Shown: in pieces, positions 51,303-61,546 of the stretch
How the letters are laid out: each line of letters starts with the position of its first letter
Position numbering within the stretch: position 1 is the stretch's first letter
DNA from: Cyanidioschyzon merolae
Lineage: Eukaryota
Assembly: GCA_000091205.1 (NCBI GenBank)
Contig: AP006499.2
Direction: 5' to 3' (one strand)
Length of the DNA stretch: 64,000 nucleotides
Translations under genes and position numbers: made by a program
The notes under the pieces: model-generated
What the model was told of the DNA's origin: nothing
The model's input: only the letters and a program-made list of their open reading frames with translations
Database searches by the model: none

Positions 51303-52810
51303 GAGAGCTTAGTCGGTCGCTTGTGACGTGGGATAAAATCCCGTACGAAAACGACGACTGGAGCGAATGGCTCTCGAGCCGACGCCCTCAACCGTGCGGC
51401 AATGCCATTCGGTCGCGGTGATGCATCCACACGGGAGCTACTGGCGCTATCGCGGGCGATCACTGTCGGCACTCGGGGCACGATGGAATGTATGAAGCGA
51501 CCAGTATATCCGAGAAGAAGTATGAGTTACGGAACTTGGAAGCAGGGAGTTTGATGGATGCTTCACTGCGCGCTGATATCAAGCACACTGTCGGGGAACG
51601 CATGCCTGTGTAGACGTTTTGCCCATTGTAAAAAACCTGTGCGAGGTTCCAAAGTCTACCATATGCGATGCCGCATTTATACTTCTTCCCAGCCTCGCTC
51701 GGTTGCGCTGGTGCGGCAGCAATTCTGCGTAGACATCGAGCACTAGTGTGCTATCTTTCCATCCTCACACGATCCGTGTGTGTGACCAAACTCCCAGGGA
51801 TCCGCGGATGCTGCCGGGAATCTTGGTATGGATCGGGCGCTCTTAGGGGATTTCTTCTAAAACTTAGGATTTGTACATATGACCAGACCTGCTTGGATGC
51901 GCACCTATCGATGACAACTTTGTCGTGGATCGAGCGCTCCATTGCGGGCAGGTCACGTACAGGCCATTGAACGAATCGATCCAAGGCGTTTCATACAAAA
52001 ATACGTTGAACTCGCCTGGATAGTTGCACAGTCGCCAAAATCATAACACAGAAATGCGCAGCCGCGAAGATTTTCTGGCGGTGTACAATCGGAGCAAGTC
52101 TGTCCATTATTGTAACGGCTGCGACTTCACGCGTACAGTTCATCCACATGGGTTCCAACCGTGTCGCGAGTCGCTGTCCTGGAGCGGAGCAGCAAAGCGG
52201 AACAGGAAATGCAACATGTACCGGCGAACAAGCAGTGCAGATTGCCTCGCGCAACACGATGATAGTGGTGAGGCTTTCGAGTCGTCCGGATTCGGAAAGG
52301 TGACGTCCCCCTCCCAGCAACTTCAGAGAATTTGCTCGCTGCTTGATCCAGCCGGCGATCATTTAGGAAAACGCGCATTCCGGATCCAGACCACTGGAAA
52401 TATAGCAAAAGGGACTGAGTTCAAGCTCTTCCACCACAAGACCGGCGGTTCACTCGAGCATAATCAAGCTAGATATGCTATTCGACAGAGAGCTCCATCA
52501 TTTTTAGGACTCAGGGAGACCAGCTGGAGGCTGCCTCTCTCTGGAAAAGCACCAGCACGCAGGACTGGTTCAAAAGCTACCCATGTCAAAATTCGCGTTA
52601 TGAAACTGAGCTGAAAATCAGCTCATCTGAACGAAGGTTTCCACGCTCAATTGGCCCATTCAGCAAGCCGCTCTGAGCAACCAGCTAACATTAAAGTCAA
52701 AAGTTGTACCATTTTCGTTGTAAACGCACACACGCCGCGAAAGCGAGTTCGTCACATGCGCCATTCGAGTGCTCACACACCGCGTCTCCTCCAGAACTGC
52801 AGTTGGCCCC

Positions 52811-54529
52811 TTAGTGCAACTTCTTGTCGAAATCATCCAAAAGCTCCTGGTTTTGCTCGATTAAACTCTTTGCCGTTGTGTACGTTATATCCTCTGCTTG
52901 GATCTTCCTCAGATTGGAGCGCAAATAGCGAGCGCTCTCCAGCTTACGAAGTACATTCGGGTCCCGCTTCTGTAAAAGCTGATACCAGGCCTTTCGGGCA
53001 CGATTTCGCCGCTGAATGCGCTCATTCTCTTTCCGCTGGCGATACCACCTTACAGCAGGAATGATCAGAAAAGCGAGCGCATAGGCCAAGAGCGGAGGGT
53101 ACAACCACTTCAGAAACGGAAGCGGTACTGCTCTCAGCTGAGCCATATACTCCCCAAGCGTCACTGCACCGAGCAGATTTAGAACTCCAAGACCTGCTGC
53201 CCCCAGAATCTGGCCAGATGAGGCCTTGGAAAACACATATTCCTGCTCCTCGATGTAGCCCTTGTCGTAGTGGCTCTGCTCACTTGACGCTGAACCGGAC
53301 GTGGAGCCACTTCCCGATACGGTATTCAGCAAATCAGGAAAAACGTACACAATATCGCCGTCGTCGGTTACTTCGGGTCTACCGCCGAACCTCTCAAGCA
53401 CTGGCAGCATGAAAGATTCGTCAACATAAACAGCGCCTCGCGACTCGGGCGGTTCAGGGACATCGAGCAACGGTGCGATTTGCTCTGCGGTGACGGCACC
53501 GCCCAGCCGACGAATCGTTTCTCCGATCCTCCTCCAGCGGTAGGTTTCCAGATCGGCGTTCGGGTTCCCGTCGCCGAACAGGAAAGAGAAGATGCTTTCG
53601 AGAAATGACATGCCCCCTTCGCGCCTGCGTCCCGAATATCCATGATTTGCGTAGAAGATAAGGTCAAATGGACTGGGGCCCATCCAGACGTAGAGACTAC
53701 CCCCACCGTAGCTGCGATTATAGCTCGAGCGGCGGTCATCCTCGCGACTTTGGACAGAGCTCGATATCGCAACAATACTGGTGTAGATAATGAAGATGGA
53801 CGCAATGAGTAAAATGCCAAACGATATGCGCACGAGATAGTTCAGGAACGGTGAGATCTTTTCCCAACGATTGCGCAGCGCAAAAATGATACTCTCTTGA
53901 AGAAGCACACGGCGAACGTTGGACGGAAATGCGTATACGAGCTCGCCATCACGCGATACTTCTAGGTGCCCACCAGCGACGTTTGCAAGCGCGACAAGGC
54001 AGCGCTGTGCGGTCGGGAGGCCTAACCCAGTGCGAGCCGCCACGTCTGCGACGGTGACCCTGCCTCCTAGCGACTCCACAGCTCCGAGAACACGATCATC
54101 AACGGCGTTCAGACCGAAGCTTTTTGATTCTTCACTCTGTTCATAGACACAGCGCAAGGCATGAGCAGAAGCTGCTGCTCCTGCTGCCACCGGAAACGAC
54201 ACACTGCGCCGCTCCGGTCGTCGTACTCTGTTCAAGACGAGCTCCCCGGGTGCGCACAGCCTGCGTAAACCCCGTGCCACCGAAGCGGATTCTGTACACC
54301 GCCCCAGAACTGTTACGCATCTCGTGCACGTACGAACGGTAGTGCGATCGTGTCCACCGGGTACCAAACAAAGCCACATGGGCAGTTTACCCCTGGTGCT
54401 CACAGAAACCAGCTCGAAGTCGTCCAGGTACAACGATGTGAAGTGGCCGGATGTGGGCGTTGCCCCTGGTCGACCGGCCATGATCTGAAGCATCGCGCAA
54501 ACGTCGCTGCCGCAACTAGCATCAAACAT
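52811..54529 (-). CDS. Cyanobacterial/plastid-type membrane protein with two N-terminal winged-helix-like repeats and C-terminal TM segments
   Basis: The tandem units are 'LGAVESLGGRVTVADVAARTGLGLPTAQRCLVALANVAGGHLEVSRDGELVYAFP' and 'LGGAVTAEQIAPLLDVPEPPESRGAVYVDESFMLPVLERFGGRPEVTDDGDIVYVFP'. They are followed by hydrophobic helices ('ILLIASIFIIYTSIVAI', 'ILGAAGLGVLNLLGAVTLG', 'LLAYALAFLIIPAV'). It is a 572-aa ORF. Confidence 0.5.
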   Translation of the reverse strand: MFDASCGSDVCAMLQIMAGRPGATPTSGHFTSLYLDDFELVSVSTRGKLPMWLCLVPGGHDRTTVRTCTRCVTVLGRCTESASVARGLRRLCAPGELVLNRVRRPERRSVSFPVAAGAAASAHALRCVYEQSEESKSFGLNAVDDRVLGAVESLGGRVTVADVAARTGLGLPTAQRCLVALANVAGGHLEVSRDGELVYAFPSNVRRVLLQESIIFALRNRWEKISPFLNYLVRISFGILLIASIFIIYTSIVAISSSVQSREDDRRSSYNRSYGGGSLYVWMGPSPFDLIFYANHGYSGRRREGGMSFLESIFSFLFGDGNPNADLETYRWRRIGETIRRLGGAVTAEQIAPLLDVPEPPESRGAVYVDESFMLPVLERFGGRPEVTDDGDIVYVFPDLLNTVSGSGSTSGSASSEQSHYDKGYIEEQEYVFSKASSGQILGAAGLGVLNLLGAVTLGEYMAQLRAVPLPFLKWLYPPLLAYALAFLIIPAVRWYRQRKENERIQRRNRARKAWYQLLQKRDPNVLRKLESARYLRSNLRKIQAEDITYTTAKSLIEQNQELLDDFDKKLH

Positions 54530-54534
54530 GCGTT

Positions 54535-55827
54535 ATGAATGAGGCAACTGCTATCGTGCCGATACAGGAGAACTCGGACTTTACACTTTATAACCTTCCG
54601 TTCGGTGTTTTTCGAAAGAAAGGGGAAGCTTCACGTGAAGCGCGAGTTGCTGTCGCCGTCGGACGAAATGTGCTCGATCTATGTGCGCTTGCTGAGACGG
54701 ACCTCTTCGAGGCTTGCAGTCCGGACACGCCGTTACGTGGCGCTGCGGCAGACGTTTTCGGACAGGAATCGTTGAATCGATTTATAAAACTTGGAGAGCA
54801 ATGTTGTTCGGAGACCAGACGTCTCGTTCAGCGCGCACTCTCAAGGGACAGCGGTCTCTGTCCGCAGCTGGAGCGAGCGTTGGAGAACTCGCGCGCAGAC
54901 GCTTTTCTCACCGCTCAAGACGTAGTAGACGTGCTACTGCCTGTAGAGATTGGTGATTACACGGATTTTTACGCGTCGAAAGAGCATGCATCCCACCTAG
55001 GCCAGATGATGCGCGGTCCTGGACATGAACTGACCCCGAATTATGTGCACTTACCGATTGGGTATCATGGACGAGCCTCTTCTGTAGTGGTTTCAGGAAC
55101 GCCGATCACTCGGCCTTGTGGGCAAATCAAACCTGAGGGGTCGGATTGTCCTGTGTTTAAGCCAACGGAACGCCTCGACTTCGAACTAGAGCTTGGCGCT
55201 ATCATCGGAAGGGATAGCATATTGGGCGAACGAATTCCCGTAGAGCATAGTCGACAGTACATCTTTGGATACGTGCTCGTTAATGATTGGAGTGCTCGCG
55301 ATATTCAACGCTGGGAGTATCAGCCTCTTGGCCCGTTCAACTCGAAGAATTTTGCAACGACGATTTCACCCTGGGTCGTGACACGCGAGGCTCTGGAGCC
55401 ATACCGCGTAGCGGCACCGCATCAGGATCCTCCTGTTTTGCAGTATCTGAATGAAGATGCGGGCCGAACGAACCTGGATCTGAATCTTAGCGTGATGCTG
55501 AATGGTATCACCATTAGCCAGTGCAATTTTCGGGGCATGTACTGGACCTTCGAACAAATGGTCGCGCACCACACCTCCACTGGCTGCAACTTGCGCTGCG
55601 GAGATCTCCTGGCGAGCGGCACAGTTTCTGGTGCAGAACCGAACACCTACGGCTCAATGATAGAACTGACCTGGGGTGGCAGACATCCGCTGAAACTGCC
55701 AAACGGAAAACAACGCACGTTCCTCGAAGACGGCGATGAAGTTGAGCTGCATGGGTATGCGGGAGCGGGCTCCCGCCGCGTCGGATTCGGACGCTGTCAC
55801 GGATGCATCCTACCTGCCGTCGTGTGA
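54535..55827 (+). CDS. FAH: Fumarylacetoacetase (fumarylacetoacetate hydrolase, tyrosine catabolism)
   Basis: The N-terminal 'IVPIQENSDFTLYNLPFGVF' matches the FAH N-domain. 'DFYASKEHASHLGQMMRG', 'LPIGYHGRASSVVVSGTPI', 'FELELGAIIGR' and 'VNDWSARDIQRWEYQPLGPFNSKNF' are signature FAH active-site motifs. Confidence 0.9.
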   Translation: MNEATAIVPIQENSDFTLYNLPFGVFRKKGEASREARVAVAVGRNVLDLCALAETDLFEACSPDTPLRGAAADVFGQESLNRFIKLGEQCCSETRRLVQRALSRDSGLCPQLERALENSRADAFLTAQDVVDVLLPVEIGDYTDFYASKEHASHLGQMMRGPGHELTPNYVHLPIGYHGRASSVVVSGTPITRPCGQIKPEGSDCPVFKPTERLDFELELGAIIGRDSILGERIPVEHSRQYIFGYVLVNDWSARDIQRWEYQPLGPFNSKNFATTISPWVVTREALEPYRVAAPHQDPPVLQYLNEDAGRTNLDLNLSVMLNGITISQCNFRGMYWTFEQMVAHHTSTGCNLRCGDLLASGTVSGAEPNTYGSMIELTWGGRHPLKLPNGKQRTFLEDGDEVELHGYAGAGSRRVGFGRCHGCILPAVV

Positions 55828-56089
55828 AACCCTGCAGCATGATGTCAAGACTGAGGATACGGAGTAGCAGCTCGGCGCAGGCCAGGTATGCTGCTAGGCA
55901 GTGCGGCTATGGTGATGCACTCGAGTCTGACGAGATCTAGTTTGCATTTCAGCTGCGGAAGCCGTATGGTGCTCGAAAATGGTACTCAGGCGCTCTGGAC
56001 TAGGCGGACTCGTAGCGGCCGATCTGGAGCTCTTTCGGGAATAAAGGGTCTTCGTTTCTAGCTCGCACGTCAGTTTCAGGTGGTCGTTG

Positions 56090-57610
56090 TCACACACTAA
56101 GCAGCGATAAGTATCCTCTCGTATCTGTGAGGGCGATCATGCTGAGTGCAAGGTGAAGATCTCCTTTGGCAAGCGTGGGGGAGCCCGGTATAAATGCATC
56201 CGGAGACGGCTCCGACTGGTGTTCACATCGGAAAGGATGCATGTGCCAGTCAGGGGCGAGTGTTGCCGTCTTCTCATCATAGCTCCACATAACCGCAGTC
56301 GGACTTCCAAAAGAGATGAATTGATGAGGTCCAACCGAACGAATATCGCCTACGGAAGCGAATGGGCTCTCTCTATAACGTCCAATTTCCCGGAACGTTC
56401 GGAAATCCAGTATGGACAAGAGACCGTCCGCATAGCCGAGCAAAACAACTGGTGCGTCACCTGCTTCATGATCATGAGCAAAGAGGCCGTCCCGTTTCGT
56501 CTCTAGTACGCAGATTGCCGCCTGCCAAGTTGGCATGCGCATGTCAACCAGGTAGAGCGCACCGTCATCGGTTGTTACCGTGCATGTCTCCTTGGATGAG
56601 CTATTCGTACACGTCGGGCGGACACTGCTCGTTGGGCGACCAATAGATACGCGACCGATCTCGGCACCATTAGAGACGGTGTCTGCGCTTGCCAGTGGCG
56701 CGCCAGATGCTTCGGCAAACAGCCTCTCAATCGAGGTCAGGAGTACTTGACCATCATGACTGATTGTGAACATGCAGTCATTTCCGTCTGTAAGAACTAT
56801 TTCACGGATGGCATCCCTGTGCAAGCGTGTCGTCCGCGGCGGCATATCTGGACCGAGCCCGAGGCTTTCCGCAGTCGTGTGCAGGGCAGCTACGTGCCCT
56901 GTGGAAAGCCCCAGCAGCACGGTATTCCTTCGTGCGTAGACCAAATCCTGCACGGGGTTGTTGAGGGCGCAGGCCCACCACTGGTATGTCTCATTGGCGC
57001 CTTGTCCGCAGGAACCCTGCTGGCCGCCGCCAGATGCGGCATCCATCGGGAGGGATTGTGAGCTCGGATCAGGCTGTAAACTCACATGAATGAGGCGATT
57101 GCCTTGGCTGTTCGACGAATCTGGTTCCGTGATCCCGAATACAACTGCATCCGCATCTGGTGACAGCGCCGGACGCGATAGTGCAGAACACCTGAACGGA
57201 TCGAGATTGCCTGTTCGCTGCCCAATGCGTGCAGCATGGATAACCAAACGGGGCGCCCGGCTTGGGGATATGGCGCAGAGATCACAGAGGCCATCCGGAT
57301 GATCCATGCGAAGCTCAATGTGTTCCTGGAAAGTCGATGAATGCAGGACGCCGCTGCAACTTGATGATTGCGCACAATGGGCATCATTGTCAGTGGTGCA
57401 GATCCCAATCTCAGGCATCGTTTCAAGCAAAGAAGCGCAGAAGATCTGGTCTAGACTTGGGTCGTTGTCAAAACGGTATCGTGAACGCACCCCAAACGAA
57501 GCGTGCTCAACTGCCGCTCTAGTTTGCGAGAGATCAGTGCATCTACTGTTGTTGCCTGCGGCATAAAGTGCGCCCGTGTGATTCTCAGAGTGTTTGTGAC
57601 TTTGCTCCAT
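56090..57610 (-). CDS. Hypothetical WD40-like beta-propeller protein
   Basis: It is a 506-aa ORF with several blade-like segments ('FTISHDGQVLLTSI', 'DGALYLVDMRMP', 'GYADGLLSILDFRT', 'DTRGYLSLLSV'). The canonical WD dipeptides are weak. Confidence 0.4.
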   Translation of the reverse strand: MEQSHKHSENHTGALYAAGNNSRCTDLSQTRAAVEHASFGVRSRYRFDNDPSLDQIFCASLLETMPEIGICTTDNDAHCAQSSSCSGVLHSSTFQEHIELRMDHPDGLCDLCAISPSRAPRLVIHAARIGQRTGNLDPFRCSALSRPALSPDADAVVFGITEPDSSNSQGNRLIHVSLQPDPSSQSLPMDAASGGGQQGSCGQGANETYQWWACALNNPVQDLVYARRNTVLLGLSTGHVAALHTTAESLGLGPDMPPRTTRLHRDAIREIVLTDGNDCMFTISHDGQVLLTSIERLFAEASGAPLASADTVSNGAEIGRVSIGRPTSSVRPTCTNSSSKETCTVTTDDGALYLVDMRMPTWQAAICVLETKRDGLFAHDHEAGDAPVVLLGYADGLLSILDFRTFREIGRYRESPFASVGDIRSVGPHQFISFGSPTAVMWSYDEKTATLAPDWHMHPFRCEHQSEPSPDAFIPGSPTLAKGDLHLALSMIALTDTRGYLSLLSV

Positions 57611-59149
57611 AACACAACCTGTTGTGCTCGCTGTCTATTCTCGTTCTCCAGTCGAACTGAATGAAAGCTAAAAGGCATCGCGGATGACAGTCGGACAGGA
57701 AACGCTCGACAATGAACCCTACCGGCTGACCGCAGCGATGCGAAGCGGCGCATCAGCGTACAGGCGCGATCGATCCCCTGAGCGCCGCGCGCGGCAGCGA
57801 AGGGTTCATGCGCCGCTGCTCGCCGCGATGCTCGCATCCGATCCGTTCAGAACTGTGGATAGAAAGCATGATCTAGTTTGTGAATATATGTCTATTAATT
57901 GCATATTATGTACTGATTCTGGTTGATAAGTGGTTTTTTCGATGACAAAAAAATTCGTTTCCATTGGCTATGGATCCCTGGTTGCGCGATGGATAATGGT
58001 ATTTGAAAAAGCGTCGATGATGAAGCACCTATGCTCAAGTTCCATTACCCACACTTCCTCTCGGATATACTGGTCGTTTTTTACATGCTACCATGTGCTG
58101 AATGCCTGCCGTGAAAACCCTCCGTGGTGCTTACACCCCTGGAGCAGAGCCATCACGGAGACAGAACGGCGTTGCCATCCGACTAAAGGGCGTCGTCTGG
58201 AATTGTCGTTCACCCGACATATGGTCGGGATTCGGGATCATTCTGTGAGCCTGCATGCTGTGCAGACAGACGTACTGCCCGAGGCAGCGCGAAGCGATAT
58301 ATAAATAGCTCACTGCGACCAGGGCGATGTCCTCAGTCGGATGGCGCAGCTGTTCTGTCTCCGTGATGCTTCTGCTTTAGCGGTATGAGCGCTACGGCAG
58401 GTGCTCACGGCAGGTACTCGGCGCAAGATAGCATGTACAAAACGGACAGTATATCCGAGAGGAAGTATGGGTAATGGAACTTAAAGGTAGGTGCTTCATC
58501 ATGGACGCTTTCCCCAAGGGCATTATACATATGCCGAATTCTGGGAAGCATGTTCAATGTAAAAGTTTTGTCATCGAAAAATCAATCGGCGGCATATTCT
58601 AGCAAAACTGATTATCATGCACGCACACTTTTCATGGTCAAAATAGGCTCGCAGAGACTCGTTGGGGAATAAGAAGAGGACTCTCGATGAGTTCGTGGGA
58701 CCAACGGGCCATCGTTTCGGTATCTTTCTCGCCGGCAATGATGAGCTTACTATATCAACAGGTTGAAAAATCTCAGCGCAACGCGCTTCGTTTGCCGGTA
58801 TTCGAATCGGCCACGCAACCGCCGTCCTTAACTTTGCGTCCAAATTTCTAATCTTTTTCAGGTATCGCTATTCTGTTGAAATTTAGTTTCAGCGAACCTC
58901 TGCACTGTGAAGTCATCGGTGGTCGTGCAGGAAGCCCGGTGTATATAGGCTTGAATGTGAGGAAAGAGGTCGTTCTGGGATCAGCACCCAACGTGCACGA
59001 ACTATTCCGTGCGAGGCGCTTTTTGCTGCCGACGAGTGTTGTCGCACTCTTGCAGTGTAGCTGACAGACGGCTTTCGTGCCTAATTTTTTGAAACTTACT
59101 AAAGTGAGTCATCATCGACTTCAGAAAGCCTTAGTTTTCAGGAAAATCA

Positions 59150-61546
59150 GTGAGCATAGGCCGAAGAAGACGCGCTCCAGGGCGAAAAGCGCCCCACAAA
59201 ATTGATATGGTGCGCCGCAAAGACTGGAAACAGCGCAAACAAAGCAGCATACCTTCTCTTTACCGGGATGTCTTCGAGAGGGCCGAAAGGGAGTTTGCGA
59301 ATGAGCAGCGAGAATATGTGTTAGCGTTGGTCGCCGAAAACCGAGCACGGTTACAACGCGAGAGATCTGGGACGCCACTGCCTGTGGCCTCCGCAGAGAA
59401 CGAAATCCTTCGACGCAGAATCGACCAGTCACCAACCAGTCGCGACGATAATGGAAAGCTACGACTCCAGAGATGCCGGAAAATTGTTTTTCCGCATGTC
59501 GACCCTCTTCCGGACTCAACAGCGTATATTCCAATTAGAAGAAATTTCGCGGCATCGGACATTGTCACGAGCAACCTTTTCTTGCCCTATCTCGGGGACA
59601 CAAAGAGGAATATCGAGTCTGCATACCAAATTATTTCTGCGGTAGATGAAATTCGTCGACTGCAAGAAAACCAGCACGACGGGAGTGGTGATGAGATAGA
59701 CACCGGGTCGCTGGCTGCCTGGAGACGAGGATTTTCCCATGGAATACCAGTGCCGCAAAACTTGGGGCCAGTGTTAGAGTGCGGCTCGCTGTCCATAATG
59801 GAAGAGCGAGATTCTGTTGCGTTGTGGACCTGGATGCAGTCGCAGAAAATGGCGCTCTACTTGCTTCGAAAGACTGCGAGCCAATTCGGTGAAGTCCAGG
59901 AAGCGCTGCAGTATTTAAGCACATACACTTCAACTAGCCTCACGGATCTGAAGTCAGTGCTTGCCGAGCAAGAGATTCAGAACAGAGAACAAGTTGCACC
60001 AGTCCATGGTCGGTCGCCAAATCAACATTGTTCAAATGTATGTCTTGCCGAAGACAGCACGGATTCCCTGCTGGGTATCTGCGAGTCCGACACGATGCGC
60101 AGCTTGTTTTGTAGGCGATGCTATATGTACGACTGTGCAATGCACGGCTCACATCACCCACTGCCAAGAGTGAGAAGACCACGTTTAGGATTGTTCGAAT
60201 TCCCAAGTGCAGAGGTCACATTTTGTAGTGGTCGCTGCTTTCGACGACTCTGGCCGAACGGTATCGGTAGTATCGAAGGTGAGCTGCGCTCAGATGCCAC
60301 CCGAAGATCGGAGACACCAGAAAAAGCGGATCGTATCGATTTTGATCTCAATCAAGTGGTGTGTGCCGCATACGAGTTGCCCTTGCTCCAGACGGGTCAG
60401 GAAATATTTGATAATGATTTTTGTCGTATCCGGCAAGTTTGCCTTCCATGGCGATCATGCGTGGAATGTGCGATGCTCGCGATGAAATATTATCGTGAGG
60501 GCGGCATGCAGAAAAAGCCCTCTGGACAAGTGAAAAGCAACGACATGGTGCAGACTAACCATGAAGACGCTGCCTCTCACCAGACGATGAGTGCCGCTTC
60601 CGAACTGAGACCTAATGCAGTTCGGCACGTTACCAGTACTGCAGCGCCCGACCACAGGAATGACGCCAGCTCCAGTGGCCTTGTCAGCGATGTTAGCCAC
60701 TTCGCACTCGCAAACGGAAGTGTCGACCGCCTCCACGGACAGCAGAGACGCTCCTGTGATATTCGGCTGTGCAGGGCTTCGCGTCCTATGAACCAATTAT
60801 CTGCAGGACGCTCGTTCGTGTATCGCCCATGCGATCACGAGGGCGCTTGCTCGAAGGAAACCTGTGAGTGTGTCATCAAGGGGCGGTTCTGTGAAAAATA
60901 CTGTTGCTGTGCATCGGTTGTGATGGGTGAATCGTGTCCCAGGGCCTTTAAAGGCTGCAAATGTCGAACGAAATGTAACAACAAGAAATGTCCCTGCTTT
61001 GCGGCGGACCGCGAATGCGACCCGGACTCTTGCACCGGCTGTGGTGCTCGCGACCCGGAGGATAAGCACAGGACTTGTGAAAACATGAACTTACAGCTGG
61101 GCATCCAGAAACGACTTTTACTCGGTCGCTCAGATGTCCACGGATGGGGTATCTTTGCCAGTGCGGTCATTCCCAAAGGTGCCTTTATTGGAGAGTACTG
61201 TGGCGAAATTGTGAGCCAGCTCGAGGCGGAATGGCGAGGCCGGATTCATGATCATACAACTGGCGTATCATACCTTTTCGATCTCAACGACGAGCAATGC
61301 ATCGATGCCCATCGGGCCGGCAAGCGCACAAAGTTTATCAATCATAGCCGGATTCCGCCTCGAAAGAATTGCGTGGTGCGTTATCGGATTGTGAACGGGG
61401 ATATTCGAGTTGCGCTCTATGCAGATCGTCAGATCGAAGCAGGCGAGGAGCTATTCTTCGATTACGGCTATGAATCGGGTACGAACGCGCCATTGTGGGC
61501 GCGCGCTGAGGGCGGAAGCTCTAGCACGCTAGCGAAAGCCTCTTAG
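59150..61546 (+). CDS. E(z)/EZH2-type histone H3K27 methyltransferase (PRC2 catalytic subunit): CXC + SET
   Basis: The CXC region 'CDHEGACSKETCECVIKGRFCEKYCCCASVVMGESCPRAFKGCKCRTKCNNKKCPCFAADRECDPDSCTGCG' matches E(z). The SET region 'LLLGRSDVHGWGIFASAVIPKGAFIGEYCGEIVSQLEAEWRG...KFINHSRIPPRKNCVV...GEELFFDYGY' matches EZH2 'LLLAPSDVAGWGIFIKD...GEELFFDYRY'. Confidence 0.9.
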   Translation: MSIGRRRRAPGRKAPHKIDMVRRKDWKQRKQSSIPSLYRDVFERAEREFANEQREYVLALVAENRARLQRERSGTPLPVASAENEILRRRIDQSPTSRDDNGKLRLQRCRKIVFPHVDPLPDSTAYIPIRRNFAASDIVTSNLFLPYLGDTKRNIESAYQIISAVDEIRRLQENQHDGSGDEIDTGSLAAWRRGFSHGIPVPQNLGPVLECGSLSIMEERDSVALWTWMQSQKMALYLLRKTASQFGEVQEALQYLSTYTSTSLTDLKSVLAEQEIQNREQVAPVHGRSPNQHCSNVCLAEDSTDSLLGICESDTMRSLFCRRCYMYDCAMHGSHHPLPRVRRPRLGLFEFPSAEVTFCSGRCFRRLWPNGIGSIEGELRSDATRRSETPEKADRIDFDLNQVVCAAYELPLLQTGQEIFDNDFCRIRQVCLPWRSCVECAMLAMKYYREGGMQKKPSGQVKSNDMVQTNHEDAASHQTMSAASELRPNAVRHVTSTAAPDHRNDASSSGLVSDVSHFALANGSVDRLHGQQRRSCDIRLCRASRPMNQLSAGRSFVYRPCDHEGACSKETCECVIKGRFCEKYCCCASVVMGESCPRAFKGCKCRTKCNNKKCPCFAADRECDPDSCTGCGARDPEDKHRTCENMNLQLGIQKRLLLGRSDVHGWGIFASAVIPKGAFIGEYCGEIVSQLEAEWRGRIHDHTTGVSYLFDLNDEQCIDAHRAGKRTKFINHSRIPPRKNCVVRYRIVNGDIRVALYADRQIEAGEELFFDYGYESGTNAPLWARAEGGSSSTLAKAS

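Noticed and set aside
45860-60200. tRNA-like T-loop strings (e.g. 'ggttcgaaatc' ~45.87 kb, 'gttcgaattcc' ~60.19 kb)
   Set aside because: Both lie inside protein-coding ORFs and lack a convincing acceptor stem or anticodon arm by eye. No tRNA call can be made without tRNAscan.
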